Translations under genes and position numbers: made by a program
The notes under the pieces: model-generated
What the model was told of the DNA's origin: nothing
The model's database searches: none
Seen by the model: only the letters and a program-made list of their open reading frames with translations
NCBI GenBank assembly: GCA_038205175.1
Contig: JBBRCC010000007.1
Span: 3,810 to 67,809 of the forward strand
DNA length: 64,000 nucleotides
From: Cytophagales bacterium
GTDB taxonomy: Bacteria > Bacteroidota > Bacteroidia > Cytophagales > Flexibacteraceae
Reading direction: 5' to 3'
Part shown: positions 36,126-45,903 of the stretch, one piece after another
How positions within the stretch are numbered: position 1 is the stretch's first letter
How the letters are laid out: each line of letters opens with the position of its first letter

Positions 36126-39100
36126 ATGAGACTGAATTTACGCTCCTTTTATCCCTTTCTTGGTGTGTTTCTGTTGATTGGCATTTTTGTCCAATCCAAT
36201 GCTTTTGCACAGGCAACAAAAACTTTTACAAACTCTACCAATTGGAATGTACCAGCAGGCTATAACCTGGTTACTATTGATTGTTGGGGTGCCGGCGGAG
36301 CCGGAAGTACACGAAGCCTTATCATTGGCAGAGGACCGGGTGGTGGCGGTGGTGCTTTTTCAAGCAGCACGGTCAATATTACAACCGGAAACATCTATGC
36401 TATTACAATAGGTGCAGGTGGACAAGCAAGCACATTAACTGTAAGTGGTAGCAATACTTCTTTTGAAGATATTGTAATTGCTGAAGGTGGACTCGGTGTT
36501 CTCACAAACGCCGGAACAGCCGGAACTGGAGGAACTGTACCCGGAAGTACAGGAACAATAGTGTACGCTGGAGGAAATGGCAGCTTAACTTCCGCTACTA
36601 ATTCTGGCGGTGGAGGTGGCTCTGCTGGTTGGAGAGGAATAGGTGCAACCGGAACAACTGCAGTAGGTGGTGCAGGCAATGGCCCAAATAGTGGCAATGG
36701 CGGCGCACCCGTAAGTGTTCAAGTTGATGGAAACCCAGGTAACAACTATGGAGGTGGAGGAAGCGGAGCAAGAACCACTGGCGCAACAGAAGAGAGAAGC
36801 GGTGGAAATGGAGCCTCGGGTTTAGTCATTGTTAATCCTACACTTTGGGCTAACCCCATTACAAATGTAAATCCAAGTGCAGCAAGCCCATTTACTGACG
36901 GACAATTGCTGGATGTAAATTTAACAGTATCTGGAATAGCTAGAGGTCCTGGATTAACTGCCATTGCAGCTGCTGACCAATATACTGCTACAAACTTTGT
37001 AACGGGTGCATTTAACATAACAACAGCCAGGTATTTTGAATTCGCTTTAACACCCTCCAATGGTAGGAAAATAAATCTTTCAGCATTTCGGTTTTCAGCA
37101 GTTCGCAATGCAAGCGGCCCTACTACTGTGGAGTTAAGGTCAAGTTTAGATAATTATGCAACTGCCATTGATGCGCCAGCTGTTTTAGTTGGTTCTCAGA
37201 TTTCACTTAGTGCAGCTACATACCAAAACCTGGTTAAGCCAGTTACTTTTAGGTTATATGGAATCGGTTCTACAAACACCGGTGCAGGAACTTTAGGTAT
37301 TTTCGACTATGCCTTTTTCGGAACTTCTGGCATTGCGCCATACATATCAGGGTTTAGCCCTGCTTCTGTTTGTAATTCTGGCAGTGCGCAAGTCGTAATA
37401 TCCGGTTTGAATTTTACAGGTGCAACTTCCGTAAGATTTAATGGATCTAATGCTGTTGGTTTCACGGTTAACAATGCAACCCAAATTACTGCCACTGTGC
37501 CAGTATCTGCCACAACTGGCATCATTGAAGTTACAACGCCTGATGCGATTTACGAATCCAACACCTCTCTGGTAGTCAATAGCATTCCTGGCCAGCCAAG
37601 CCCATTCTTCATTTTTGACGATGTGGTTTGTGGGGGAGAAACAGGCAAAGCGTATTCTTTGGAATTTATAATAATTGGCGATAGAACATCTGCAGCCGAT
37701 CCTATAACAATGTTGCCAAATCCTGGAAGTAGCGCCCCTGCTAATGAAGAGGTATTCAGAGCAATAGATAACAATGTAAATACCAAGTATCTTAATTTTG
37801 CAGGAGCTGGTTCGGGTATCCAAATAACACCTAATTTTGGTTCTTCAGTCATTACAGGCATATCTCTTACCTCAGCCAATGATGCACCATCAAGAGATCC
37901 TACAACTTATTTGCTTCGTGGTTCAAATGACGGTATAAGTTGGACTACTATTTCTAGTGGTGCTGTTCCTGCGTTTACTGCTAGGTTCCAACAAAGGGTT
38001 GTTTCATTTGGAAATTCTACAACATATACTGAATATCAGTTAACTTTTCCTACTATAGTCTCTGGAGCCATCATGCAGGTAGCAGAAATTGAGCTTTTGG
38101 AAACAACCATTAGTATTCCTGGATTGTCTTACAATTGGAGTTACTCAGGCACAGGTGCAACATTTTCAAGTACAAGCAGTGCAGTAACTGTAGATTTTGC
38201 GCTAAACGCAACTCCAGGCAATCTGAGTGTAACGGCAACCAATGTTTGCGGTACTAGCCCATCAAGGTCTTTAGCCATCACTGTCAACACACAAACTCCA
38301 CTTGTAGTGACTCCTACATATTGCCAACCAAATGGAAAAGTGACCTTAACAGCCTCTGCTGCTTCCAATTACTTGTGGTCCAATGGGGCTATAACCCAGG
38401 CCATTGAAATAGAACAAGCAGGAACTTACTCTGTGTCGACCACCAATGCCAGCAGTTGTACAGCTACATCACCATTTTCATTAGGCAACGAACTGGTTAC
38501 AAATGGCTCATTCTCGGCTGGAAATACCGGTTTTACAACCAATTATGTGTACAAAGTTCCTGGCTCAGGCGGAAACATGAGCGAAGGTCAATATTCAATT
38601 ACCACCAGTGCAAATATAGTTCATAATAGCCTTTATGGCAGGGAACGAAACAACGGAACTGGTAACATTATGGCTATTAATGGAAGTGTGGGAGCCGGTG
38701 CAACGGTTTGGAATCAGAACAATGTTGCAGTTCAACCTAATACTACTTACTATTTTTCTGCCTGGGGTTTAAGTATTTTTAATTCTGATAAAGCTGTATT
38801 GCAATTTGCCATCAATGGCAATCAGGTTGGAACCATTGCTGCCCTACCCGATGGATATACAGTAAACACAGGTCCATACAATTGGGTGAGATTTTTCGGA
38901 AGTTGGGAATCTGGAGCAAACACGATGGTGAATCTTTCCATTGTAAACCTGAATACAGCTCCTGTTGGCAATGATTTGGCGTTGGATGATATTTCATTTG
39001 CCACCTTGGCACCCTTTGCTTTATCTGCTACACCGAACGCAAATGGAGGAAGTAGCCCATGTCAAGGCAATCAGTTGTTTTTGGCTTCAAATGCGATTGG

Positions 39101-42100
39101 AGGTTCAAGTCCGTTTACTTATGCATGGACAGGACCAGGAGGTTTTAATTCGGCACAAAGGAATCCAATTGTAACTGGCAGTGCATCTGTAGCTCAAAAT
39201 GGAACTTATAACTTGGTTGTTACTGACGCATTAGGATGTACTCATAATAGTTCGGTGGTTGTAGCAGTAAGTCCCAGGCCTGCAAACCAAACTGTAACAG
39301 CCTCAAGTCCAGCGGTATGCGCAGGTGGGTCGGTAAATATAAATTTAGGGTCATCTGAGATCGATGTTTTCTATCGTTTACGAAATACTGCAAACAGTCA
39401 AGATTTAGGTATAATAGAATATGGAACAGGCGGAGCCATATCGCTCAATACTGGTCCATTGATCGCAACAACAACTGTTGAAGTTCTCGGTACCAAAATT
39501 GGTAGTGGTTGTGTTGCTCCAATGATCACAACTGTTACTATTACTGTAAATCCAAACCCTGTTTTGGTTACCAGCAACCAATCAAGATGCCTAGGCACGG
39601 TTGATTTAACAGATCCTGCAGTAACCATTGGTTCTTCAGGCGGTATTTCTTTCAGCTATTGGCAAGATGTGAACGCAAGCATTGCAATTGTTGATCCAAC
39701 TACTGTTACATCTGGAACTTACTACATTCGGTCTGTGTCTGCGCAGTCGTGTGCCGATGTAAAACCAATCACTGTTGCTATTTCAGCTACGCCAGATCCA
39801 ACTTTTAACTACTCAGCAGCAACTTATTGCTCAAGTTCTCCAAATCCATCGCCAACATTTAACACATCAACACCTGACATCACAATACCTGCTGATGTAG
39901 TTGCCGTATTACCAGTTGGTAGCCCTGTTACAGTTGGCCAGGAAGTATTTAGAGCAATAGACAACAGCAACGCTTTAAAATATAGAAACAACACTGGGGC
40001 TGGTTCGGGATTAATTATTTCTCCTGCTGCAAACACCAAGGTTGTAACTGCATTTACTTTAACGTCTGCCAATGATGCTCCTACAAGTGACCCTACCAGC
40101 TATTTGCTGCGAGGTTCCAATGATGGCGTTGTTTGGGTAACCATTGCTTCTGGTGCGGTATTGCCTGCATTTTCAGCAAGAGGCCAATTGCGAACATTAG
40201 CTTTACCCGCCGCAGTTTCTTATGTTCACTATGAGTTGACATTTCCAACAATCAACGGAGGAGCATTTTTTCAAATTGCAGAAATCCAATTGCTAGAGTC
40301 AATTCAAACTTCGTTCTCAGGTGTGTTTAGCTCAACCGCAGGTTTGGTTTTCGCCAATGCGAGTTCAGGTGCAATTGATTTGACAAATAGCACGCCTGGT
40401 GCGTATGTTATCACAAATACCATCACTCCTTCTGGTGGAGGCTGTTTGCCCGTTTCTACCACCAGAAATGTAACTATCAGTGCACTTCCGGTTGCCACGT
40501 TCGACTATCCTACCAATGACATTTGTCAAGCTGTTGGTGCTGTTTCTATTTCACCTGTGTATAATTCTGGAGGGGGACCTGGTGTTTTTTCCACAAGCTC
40601 TGCTCAATTGTCGTTAAATACCACAACTGGAGCCATTAACGTAGGCGCAAGTTTGCCTGGCAACTATGCAGTAGTGAATACCCGTTCGGCTGTTGGCGCA
40701 TGTCCTATTGTTCGGGACACGACCTTAGTTACTATCAATCCATACACTTTTGATGGCTCTATTTCATCTAGTGCACTGTTGAACGAAGTTTGTTCAGGTA
40801 CCGCAACGAGTTTGATTTCAAGTGGTACCAGTTATTTGTCTGCCTTGCTGCAAGAAAGATTTAATGGAGCGTTCAATACGTGGGTGAGAGCAAACACCTC
40901 AACTAGCGGTACAGTAGCAAATGCAGTCTGGACCTTAAGACCAAATGGTTTCAATGCTGACGAAGTGCTCAATTCTAATAATGCCTCACAGTTTTATTTA
41001 ACAAGCAGTATTGCACAAAATGGGTCTACTACAAACACTACATTGCGTTCGCCACAATTAAGTACTCAAGGTTATGCGAATTTGAGTTTGAATTTTTATC
41101 ACTACTTCAGGTACAGGGGAGGTATAACATCGGAAGCTGCTTTCGTTGAAGTTTCTACCAATGGAATTACCTGGACAGCTGTTCAAACATATAATTCAAC
41201 ACAAGGTGCCAACAATGCTTTTGCTCAGGTAACTGTGAACTTAAATAGCTACGTAGGTTTCCCCGTGTTTTTTGTTCGATTTAGGTATGCAACGGTAGGT
41301 TTGGGCTGGTACTGGGCAGTAGATAATGTGACACTCTCCGGCACTACCAACAACTACAATTACGCATGGACATCTGATCCTTCTGGATTTGCCTCAAATC
41401 TGCAAAACCCGAATATTTCACCAACTACTACGGCTTCATACATTGTCACAGCTACAAATACTTATGGATGTAGTTCGCCGACATCGCCGGTACCTGTAGT
41501 TGTGAAACCTGTTCCATTGATTACCAATGCAGCTCCCTCTCCAATTTGTAGCGGAACTTTGTTCGCCATCACACCGGAGAGCAATGAACCCGGAGCTACT
41601 ATTACATGGACCAGACCAGCTGTTGCAGGAATTTCGAATGCAGCTGTAGTAGCTCAGCAGAATGGAGCACCCTCAGAAACACTGGTGAACACGACTGGTG
41701 CCGCTGTACCGGTAAATTATATTTTCCAGGCAAGTTTAGATGGTTGTTCAACCAATCAGCCAATAGCTGTTTCGGTTAATCCAAAACCAGTGGTTACAAT
41801 CGCTGCTTCAACTACAGTTTGTAATGGAGTAGGGGCGAGTCTGAGCCCTGTAATAACCAATTCTGTTGGTGCCTTATCTTACTTATGGACACCTGCTGCT
41901 ACCTTGAGCAATGCAGCTATTGCAAGTCCTGTAGCCAACCCAACCACAGCTAGTCAGGTTTACGAACTTGTTGCTACAGATGGAAACGGTTGTGAGTCGA
42001 ATGCTACACCTACCACTGTAATTAACTATGGCTTTGCAGGAACTCCTGGTCTGTGGTCAGGTGCAAATAGCACAGCTTGGAACAACTGTCTGAACTGGAA

Positions 42101-45044
42101 CGATGGTGCAGTACCTACTGTTACTACAGATGTGAGCTTGCTACCTGGCGCTCCAAATATTTGCGAGATAACTGGTTCACGTTTATGTAAATCGTTGGCC
42201 TTGAGTTCTTCAAGTACAATCAATAGTGTTGCATTGGCAATTAAGGCTGGTGGATCGCTCATAGTAACCGAGAATGTGGTGCTCGCCAAAACCAATCTTG
42301 GATCGTCTGCAAGCATTACCCTTGAAGGAAATGGAATATTGGAGTGCAACAATTTGAGTCTGGCAGGCTCTGCCGAGAGCAGAAGAGATGCCATTTTGAA
42401 AATTTCTGCAGCTACCAGCATCCTTCGGGTAAACGGAAATTTGAACGTATCATCGGGAGGTTTCCTCGATGTGTCAAACACTTCAAACGTTCCTCAAAGT
42501 GCTACCTTGTTGTTGAAAGGAAATTTGACATCAAATGCAGTTGCTGCCGACTTTAATATTGGAAGTGCTACTTTCAATTTCGAAGGTACTGTCAGACAAG
42601 ATGTTACCTTCCCAACAGGCTTGCAATTACACCGACTTAGATTGAACAACCCGGCCAACCCAGCCATGCGATTTATAAGTGCTGTGAATGTTGCTAACCA
42701 ATTGAACTTGGTTCTTGGAAGAGTTGATTTGAATGGCAGAACCCTAACATTGGGAACAAATTCTACGCCTTGTCAAATTACGAACTCTGGTTCAAATGCT
42801 TACCTCATTGGCTGGAATACTGGTGTAAATGGAACAGTGGTTCACCAGGTACCTCAAAGTCTGTTCTCTTATTACTTCCCTGTTGGAGATAATACAAACT
42901 TCACTCCTTTCGAAGTGAGTTTGAATTCTGCAACTTTATCTCCTGGTGCTACACTGTCTAGCCAACTTTTCAGAAATAAGCACCCTGAGTTGACTACTCC
43001 TACTGCATTTATGAGCAGGTATTGGAGTATGAATGCTGTGGGCATTGCAAGTCCAACTTATGATGTGGAATACAGCTATGCTCCAGGCGATTTGACCGGC
43101 GTTGCTGCCACTATTTTGCCAGTTAGGTACGAAAACTTCAATTGGATCGGCTGTATACAAGGTACATTTCCTGCGAATGAAGGAAGTGGATTGCATAACA
43201 CAGTGGCTAGAACATTTAACTGGTCAGGTCTCAATGGCTTCAGTGACTTTACAGCTTCCAGTGGTTTTACTGTATCAGGTTTGAATACCTGGAGTGGAGT
43301 AGGTACGTGGAATACTTCGGGCAACTGGAGTTTGAGCATAGTTCCTACTTCCACTGAAGTAGTGAGGATTGGATCTGGAACTGTTTCTATAGATGCAATT
43401 GATATTACTGTTGAAGGTATAAACATAAATCCAGGTGCTACTGTAGATATTTCTTCAGGTAGAAAACTAAATCTTACCAACAACCTCCAAATCTCCGGAT
43501 TTGTGATAGGTCAGGGAGTTTTGGAATTGAACGGTTCAGTGCCTCAAACCATTACGGCTGTTTCACCATCAAGTATTCAGAATTTGAGGATGAACAATGC
43601 CGCCGGCGCAAGTTTGTCAGGACCTTTGAGTTTCATAGGGAATCTGAAACTGAGTGCAGGTACATTGAACACAGGTGGTAATCTTACCATGATTTCAAAT
43701 GCTGCTGGCACTGCCAGAATTGCACCGATTGAAGTAGGTTCAGACGTGGTAGGCGATGTGGTTTGGCAACGTTATGTGCCTGGACCAGCTGGTTGGAGAT
43801 TTATTGGAACACCAATTCAAAATCAAAATATCGGTCAATGGAGTGATAATTTCCTCATCAATTCCAACAATTTCTTCATTCACAATGAAGCTGGTATTTT
43901 GAATGTGGCACCACAAACCAATGGATGGCAAAGATCATCGACAGGAGGACAAGTAGGAAAAGGCTACAGGGTATATTTTAGTTCATTGCCAAGAATGTAC
44001 GATAACCGAGGGCCTATTACCAAAGGATTGATCCCATTCTCATTCCCTGTTTCTTTCACACCTACAGGTTATGCTGGCGGTGGATGGAATTTCCTCGCAA
44101 ACCCATTTCCTTGTGAAGTTAACTGGCTTAATTTCACTCGTTCCCCGGAAATTGGTGAGTCTGTCTACATCTTCAACAAGACCTCCTACGGAAGTTACTC
44201 AGCTGGTTCTATGATTGGTACAAATGGCGTAACCAATGTGATAGCTCAAGGTCAAGGATTCTTCATTAAAGCATCTGCAGCGGGAACTTTATCTGCGAAT
44301 GAACAAACGAAATTCGAAAATCCACAGGCTCATAATTTCCTGAGAACGGTTTCAAACGATTATCCTGTTTTGAAATTCTACCTGCAAAACATTGCTCAGC
44401 AACCTGAAAGTGATGAAATGGCAGTATCATTTAGAGATGATGCTACAGATGGATACGACAGCCGTTTTGATGCCCATAAATTCGACGCATCGCTTTCATT
44501 GTCTGCTTGGGCTGGTGGAAATGTTCATTTGTCTATTCAGTGTTTGCCTTTGACTTCTACAAGAACCACAGTTATACCACTGAGAATTAATGTTCCTCAG
44601 GCGGGCACTTACACCATCAATATGGTGCATGAGCGTGGCGACGAAAACTACAGATTGTGGTTGAAAGACAATGTAAACAATACCCTTGAGCCGGTAATTG
44701 CAGGACAACTGATGTATTTGCAACTTACCGAAGGTGTGCACGCAGACAGGTTTGAATTGGTGGCTCAACCGCTTGAAGTGGTAACAAGCAACCTGAAAAA
44801 CCTAGAAAGTAACGTGATGGTTTATCCCAATCCGGCAACGGACAAAGTAACTGTGGGCAGTTCAACAGAATTCTCTGAAATTTCCCTCATCAATTTGCAG
44901 GGAAGAGTATTGGCGGTTTGGCCTGGTCAAACTGGCAAACTAACCAGAGAATTGTCTGTTGGTGGCTTTGCGAAAGGCATATACATCATGAGCATCAAGC
45001 TGAACAACGGACATAAGTTTGAGCAAAAGCTAAGCATTCACTAA
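36126..45044 (+). CDS. 2972-aa mosaic surface protein: glycine-rich N-domain, IPT/TIG, two discoidin-like domains, jelly-roll/MAM-like domains, many Ig-like modules, beta-helix region, T9SS type-A CTD
   Basis: Single uninterrupted ORF. Signal peptide ...SNAFAQ. Motifs are detailed in the findings. CTD VMVYPNPATDKVTV...GIYIMSIKL...KLSIH. Confidence 0.85.
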   Translation: MRLNLRSFYPFLGVFLLIGIFVQSNAFAQATKTFTNSTNWNVPAGYNLVTIDCWGAGGAGSTRSLIIGRGPGGGGGAFSSSTVNITTGNIYAITIGAGGQASTLTVSGSNTSFEDIVIAEGGLGVLTNAGTAGTGGTVPGSTGTIVYAGGNGSLTSATNSGGGGGSAGWRGIGATGTTAVGGAGNGPNSGNGGAPVSVQVDGNPGNNYGGGGSGARTTGATEERSGGNGASGLVIVNPTLWANPITNVNPSAASPFTDGQLLDVNLTVSGIARGPGLTAIAAADQYTATNFVTGAFNITTARYFEFALTPSNGRKINLSAFRFSAVRNASGPTTVELRSSLDNYATAIDAPAVLVGSQISLSAATYQNLVKPVTFRLYGIGSTNTGAGTLGIFDYAFFGTSGIAPYISGFSPASVCNSGSAQVVISGLNFTGATSVRFNGSNAVGFTVNNATQITATVPVSATTGIIEVTTPDAIYESNTSLVVNSIPGQPSPFFIFDDVVCGGETGKAYSLEFIIIGDRTSAADPITMLPNPGSSAPANEEVFRAIDNNVNTKYLNFAGAGSGIQITPNFGSSVITGISLTSANDAPSRDPTTYLLRGSNDGISWTTISSGAVPAFTARFQQRVVSFGNSTTYTEYQLTFPTIVSGAIMQVAEIELLETTISIPGLSYNWSYSGTGATFSSTSSAVTVDFALNATPGNLSVTATNVCGTSPSRSLAITVNTQTPLVVTPTYCQPNGKVTLTASAASNYLWSNGAITQAIEIEQAGTYSVSTTNASSCTATSPFSLGNELVTNGSFSAGNTGFTTNYVYKVPGSGGNMSEGQYSITTSANIVHNSLYGRERNNGTGNIMAINGSVGAGATVWNQNNVAVQPNTTYYFSAWGLSIFNSDKAVLQFAINGNQVGTIAALPDGYTVNTGPYNWVRFFGSWESGANTMVNLSIVNLNTAPVGNDLALDDISFATLAPFALSATPNANGGSSPCQGNQLFLASNAIGGSSPFTYAWTGPGGFNSAQRNPIVTGSASVAQNGTYNLVVTDALGCTHNSSVVVAVSPRPANQTVTASSPAVCAGGSVNINLGSSEIDVFYRLRNTANSQDLGIIEYGTGGAISLNTGPLIATTTVEVLGTKIGSGCVAPMITTVTITVNPNPVLVTSNQSRCLGTVDLTDPAVTIGSSGGISFSYWQDVNASIAIVDPTTVTSGTYYIRSVSAQSCADVKPITVAISATPDPTFNYSAATYCSSSPNPSPTFNTSTPDITIPADVVAVLPVGSPVTVGQEVFRAIDNSNALKYRNNTGAGSGLIISPAANTKVVTAFTLTSANDAPTSDPTSYLLRGSNDGVVWVTIASGAVLPAFSARGQLRTLALPAAVSYVHYELTFPTINGGAFFQIAEIQLLESIQTSFSGVFSSTAGLVFANASSGAIDLTNSTPGAYVITNTITPSGGGCLPVSTTRNVTISALPVATFDYPTNDICQAVGAVSISPVYNSGGGPGVFSTSSAQLSLNTTTGAINVGASLPGNYAVVNTRSAVGACPIVRDTTLVTINPYTFDGSISSSALLNEVCSGTATSLISSGTSYLSALLQERFNGAFNTWVRANTSTSGTVANAVWTLRPNGFNADEVLNSNNASQFYLTSSIAQNGSTTNTTLRSPQLSTQGYANLSLNFYHYFRYRGGITSEAAFVEVSTNGITWTAVQTYNSTQGANNAFAQVTVNLNSYVGFPVFFVRFRYATVGLGWYWAVDNVTLSGTTNNYNYAWTSDPSGFASNLQNPNISPTTTASYIVTATNTYGCSSPTSPVPVVVKPVPLITNAAPSPICSGTLFAITPESNEPGATITWTRPAVAGISNAAVVAQQNGAPSETLVNTTGAAVPVNYIFQASLDGCSTNQPIAVSVNPKPVVTIAASTTVCNGVGASLSPVITNSVGALSYLWTPAATLSNAAIASPVANPTTASQVYELVATDGNGCESNATPTTVINYGFAGTPGLWSGANSTAWNNCLNWNDGAVPTVTTDVSLLPGAPNICEITGSRLCKSLALSSSSTINSVALAIKAGGSLIVTENVVLAKTNLGSSASITLEGNGILECNNLSLAGSAESRRDAILKISAATSILRVNGNLNVSSGGFLDVSNTSNVPQSATLLLKGNLTSNAVAADFNIGSATFNFEGTVRQDVTFPTGLQLHRLRLNNPANPAMRFISAVNVANQLNLVLGRVDLNGRTLTLGTNSTPCQITNSGSNAYLIGWNTGVNGTVVHQVPQSLFSYYFPVGDNTNFTPFEVSLNSATLSPGATLSSQLFRNKHPELTTPTAFMSRYWSMNAVGIASPTYDVEYSYAPGDLTGVAATILPVRYENFNWIGCIQGTFPANEGSGLHNTVARTFNWSGLNGFSDFTASSGFTVSGLNTWSGVGTWNTSGNWSLSIVPTSTEVVRIGSGTVSIDAIDITVEGININPGATVDISSGRKLNLTNNLQISGFVIGQGVLELNGSVPQTITAVSPSSIQNLRMNNAAGASLSGPLSFIGNLKLSAGTLNTGGNLTMISNAAGTARIAPIEVGSDVVGDVVWQRYVPGPAGWRFIGTPIQNQNIGQWSDNFLINSNNFFIHNEAGILNVAPQTNGWQRSSTGGQVGKGYRVYFSSLPRMYDNRGPITKGLIPFSFPVSFTPTGYAGGGWNFLANPFPCEVNWLNFTRSPEIGESVYIFNKTSYGSYSAGSMIGTNGVTNVIAQGQGFFIKASAAGTLSANEQTKFENPQAHNFLRTVSNDYPVLKFYLQNIAQQPESDEMAVSFRDDATDGYDSRFDAHKFDASLSLSAWAGGNVHLSIQCLPLTSTRTTVIPLRINVPQAGTYTINMVHERGDENYRLWLKDNVNNTLEPVIAGQLMYLQLTEGVHADRFELVAQPLEVVTSNLKNLESNVMVYPNPATDKVTVGSSTEFSEISLINLQGRVLAVWPGQTGKLTRELSVGGFAKGIYIMSIKLNNGHKFEQKLSIH

Positions 45045-45079
45045 TCATTTTTTGAATTCAAAGCTCATTTATCTTCTAC

Positions 45080-45110
45080 AAAAGGCAGCCAAAAGCTGCC
45101 TTTTGTATTT
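45080..45110 (+). terminator. Rho-independent terminator of the 2972-aa gene
   Basis: AAAAGGCAGC/GCTGCCTTTT 10-bp stem with a 5-nt loop, followed by TTTTGTATTTT. Lies 36 nt past the stop. Confidence 0.65.
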
Positions 45111-45173
45111 TATACTCCATATTGTGAATTCTGATTAAGATTTATATTCTTTGCTACATAAATCAGTTTGGTT

Positions 45174-45893
45174 ATGCCAGTTTCACTTCATCACATTCCC
45201 CAGATTCTATTTCTGGATATTGAAACAGTTTCAATTACAGAAGATTTCGAACGCCTATCGCCGGCTCTTCAAAAGCATTGGCTCAAAAAAGCTGAATCCT
45301 TGGATAAGGAAAAGGATGGAAGCTTACTTTACAATGAAAGAGCTGCCATTTACGCTGAATTTGGAAAAGTAATTGTGATTGGTGTTGGCTTTTTTCATTT
45401 TACTGAAGGGTCGCAGGAGATGCAGTTTCGCTGCAAAGCATTTGCCGATCACGATGAAAAAAAGTTGTTGGCTGAGTTTGCTCAATTTATGCACAAAGGA
45501 AGACACCAGTTTCTGTGTGCCCACAATGGGAAAGAATTTGATTTTCCATACCTCTGCCGGCGCATGGTTGTAAATGGCACTCCTTTGCCCTCGGTGCTTG
45601 ATATTTCAGGTAAAAAACCTTGGGAAATTGCCCATTTCGATACGCTCGAGCTATGGAAATTTGGCGACAGAAAAAGCTATACATCGCTCGATCTGATGGC
45701 CACAATTTTGGATGTTACCGGCAGTAAAGATGATATTGATGGAAGTGAGGTAGGGAAAGTGTATTACCAGGAAAAGAACCTGGAGCGAATTGCAGTGTAT
45801 TGCAAAAAGGACGTGGTTACATTATCTCAGGTTTTTCTTCGTTTAAATGGTCATCAACCTTTGCCTGCCGAAAACGTGGTGCTAGTCGATTGA
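45174..45893 (+). CDS. PolB-exonuclease-like 3'-5' exonuclease (RNase H-like fold, COG3298-type)
   Basis: ILFLDIETVS (ExoI DxE), HNGKEFDFPYL (ExoII-like) and YCKKDV (ExoIII-like). ATG 45174 is preferred over TTG 45168. Confidence 0.7.
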   Translation: MPVSLHHIPQILFLDIETVSITEDFERLSPALQKHWLKKAESLDKEKDGSLLYNERAAIYAEFGKVIVIGVGFFHFTEGSQEMQFRCKAFADHDEKKLLAEFAQFMHKGRHQFLCAHNGKEFDFPYLCRRMVVNGTPLPSVLDISGKKPWEIAHFDTLELWKFGDRKSYTSLDLMATILDVTGSKDDIDGSEVGKVYYQEKNLERIAVYCKKDVVTLSQVFLRLNGHQPLPAENVVLVD

Positions 45894-45903
45894 CCTAAAT
45901 AAT

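Noticed and set aside
36395-36697. 100-aa Pro-rich ORF on the minus strand (with neighbours 36598..36786 and 36746..37108).
   Set aside because: It is antisense to the Gly-rich (GGN-codon) N-domain of the 2972-aa gene, and GGN read backwards gives NCC (Pro). This is a shadow ORF with no independent start context or signals.
37347-43483. Several 110-160-aa antisense ORFs inside the giant gene (37347..37823, 37550..37879, 42026..42481, 43076..43483).
   Set aside because: All are fully nested in the uninterrupted 8.9-kb + strand ORF, which has coherent domain content. The Thr/Asn/Gly/Ser-rich codon bias suppresses antisense stops. No recognisable motifs.
45151-45372. 73-aa + strand ORF overlapping the start of the exonuclease gene in another frame.
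   Set aside because: The exonuclease frame carries the conserved DxE motif from its first 20 codons. The alternative frame has no motifs.
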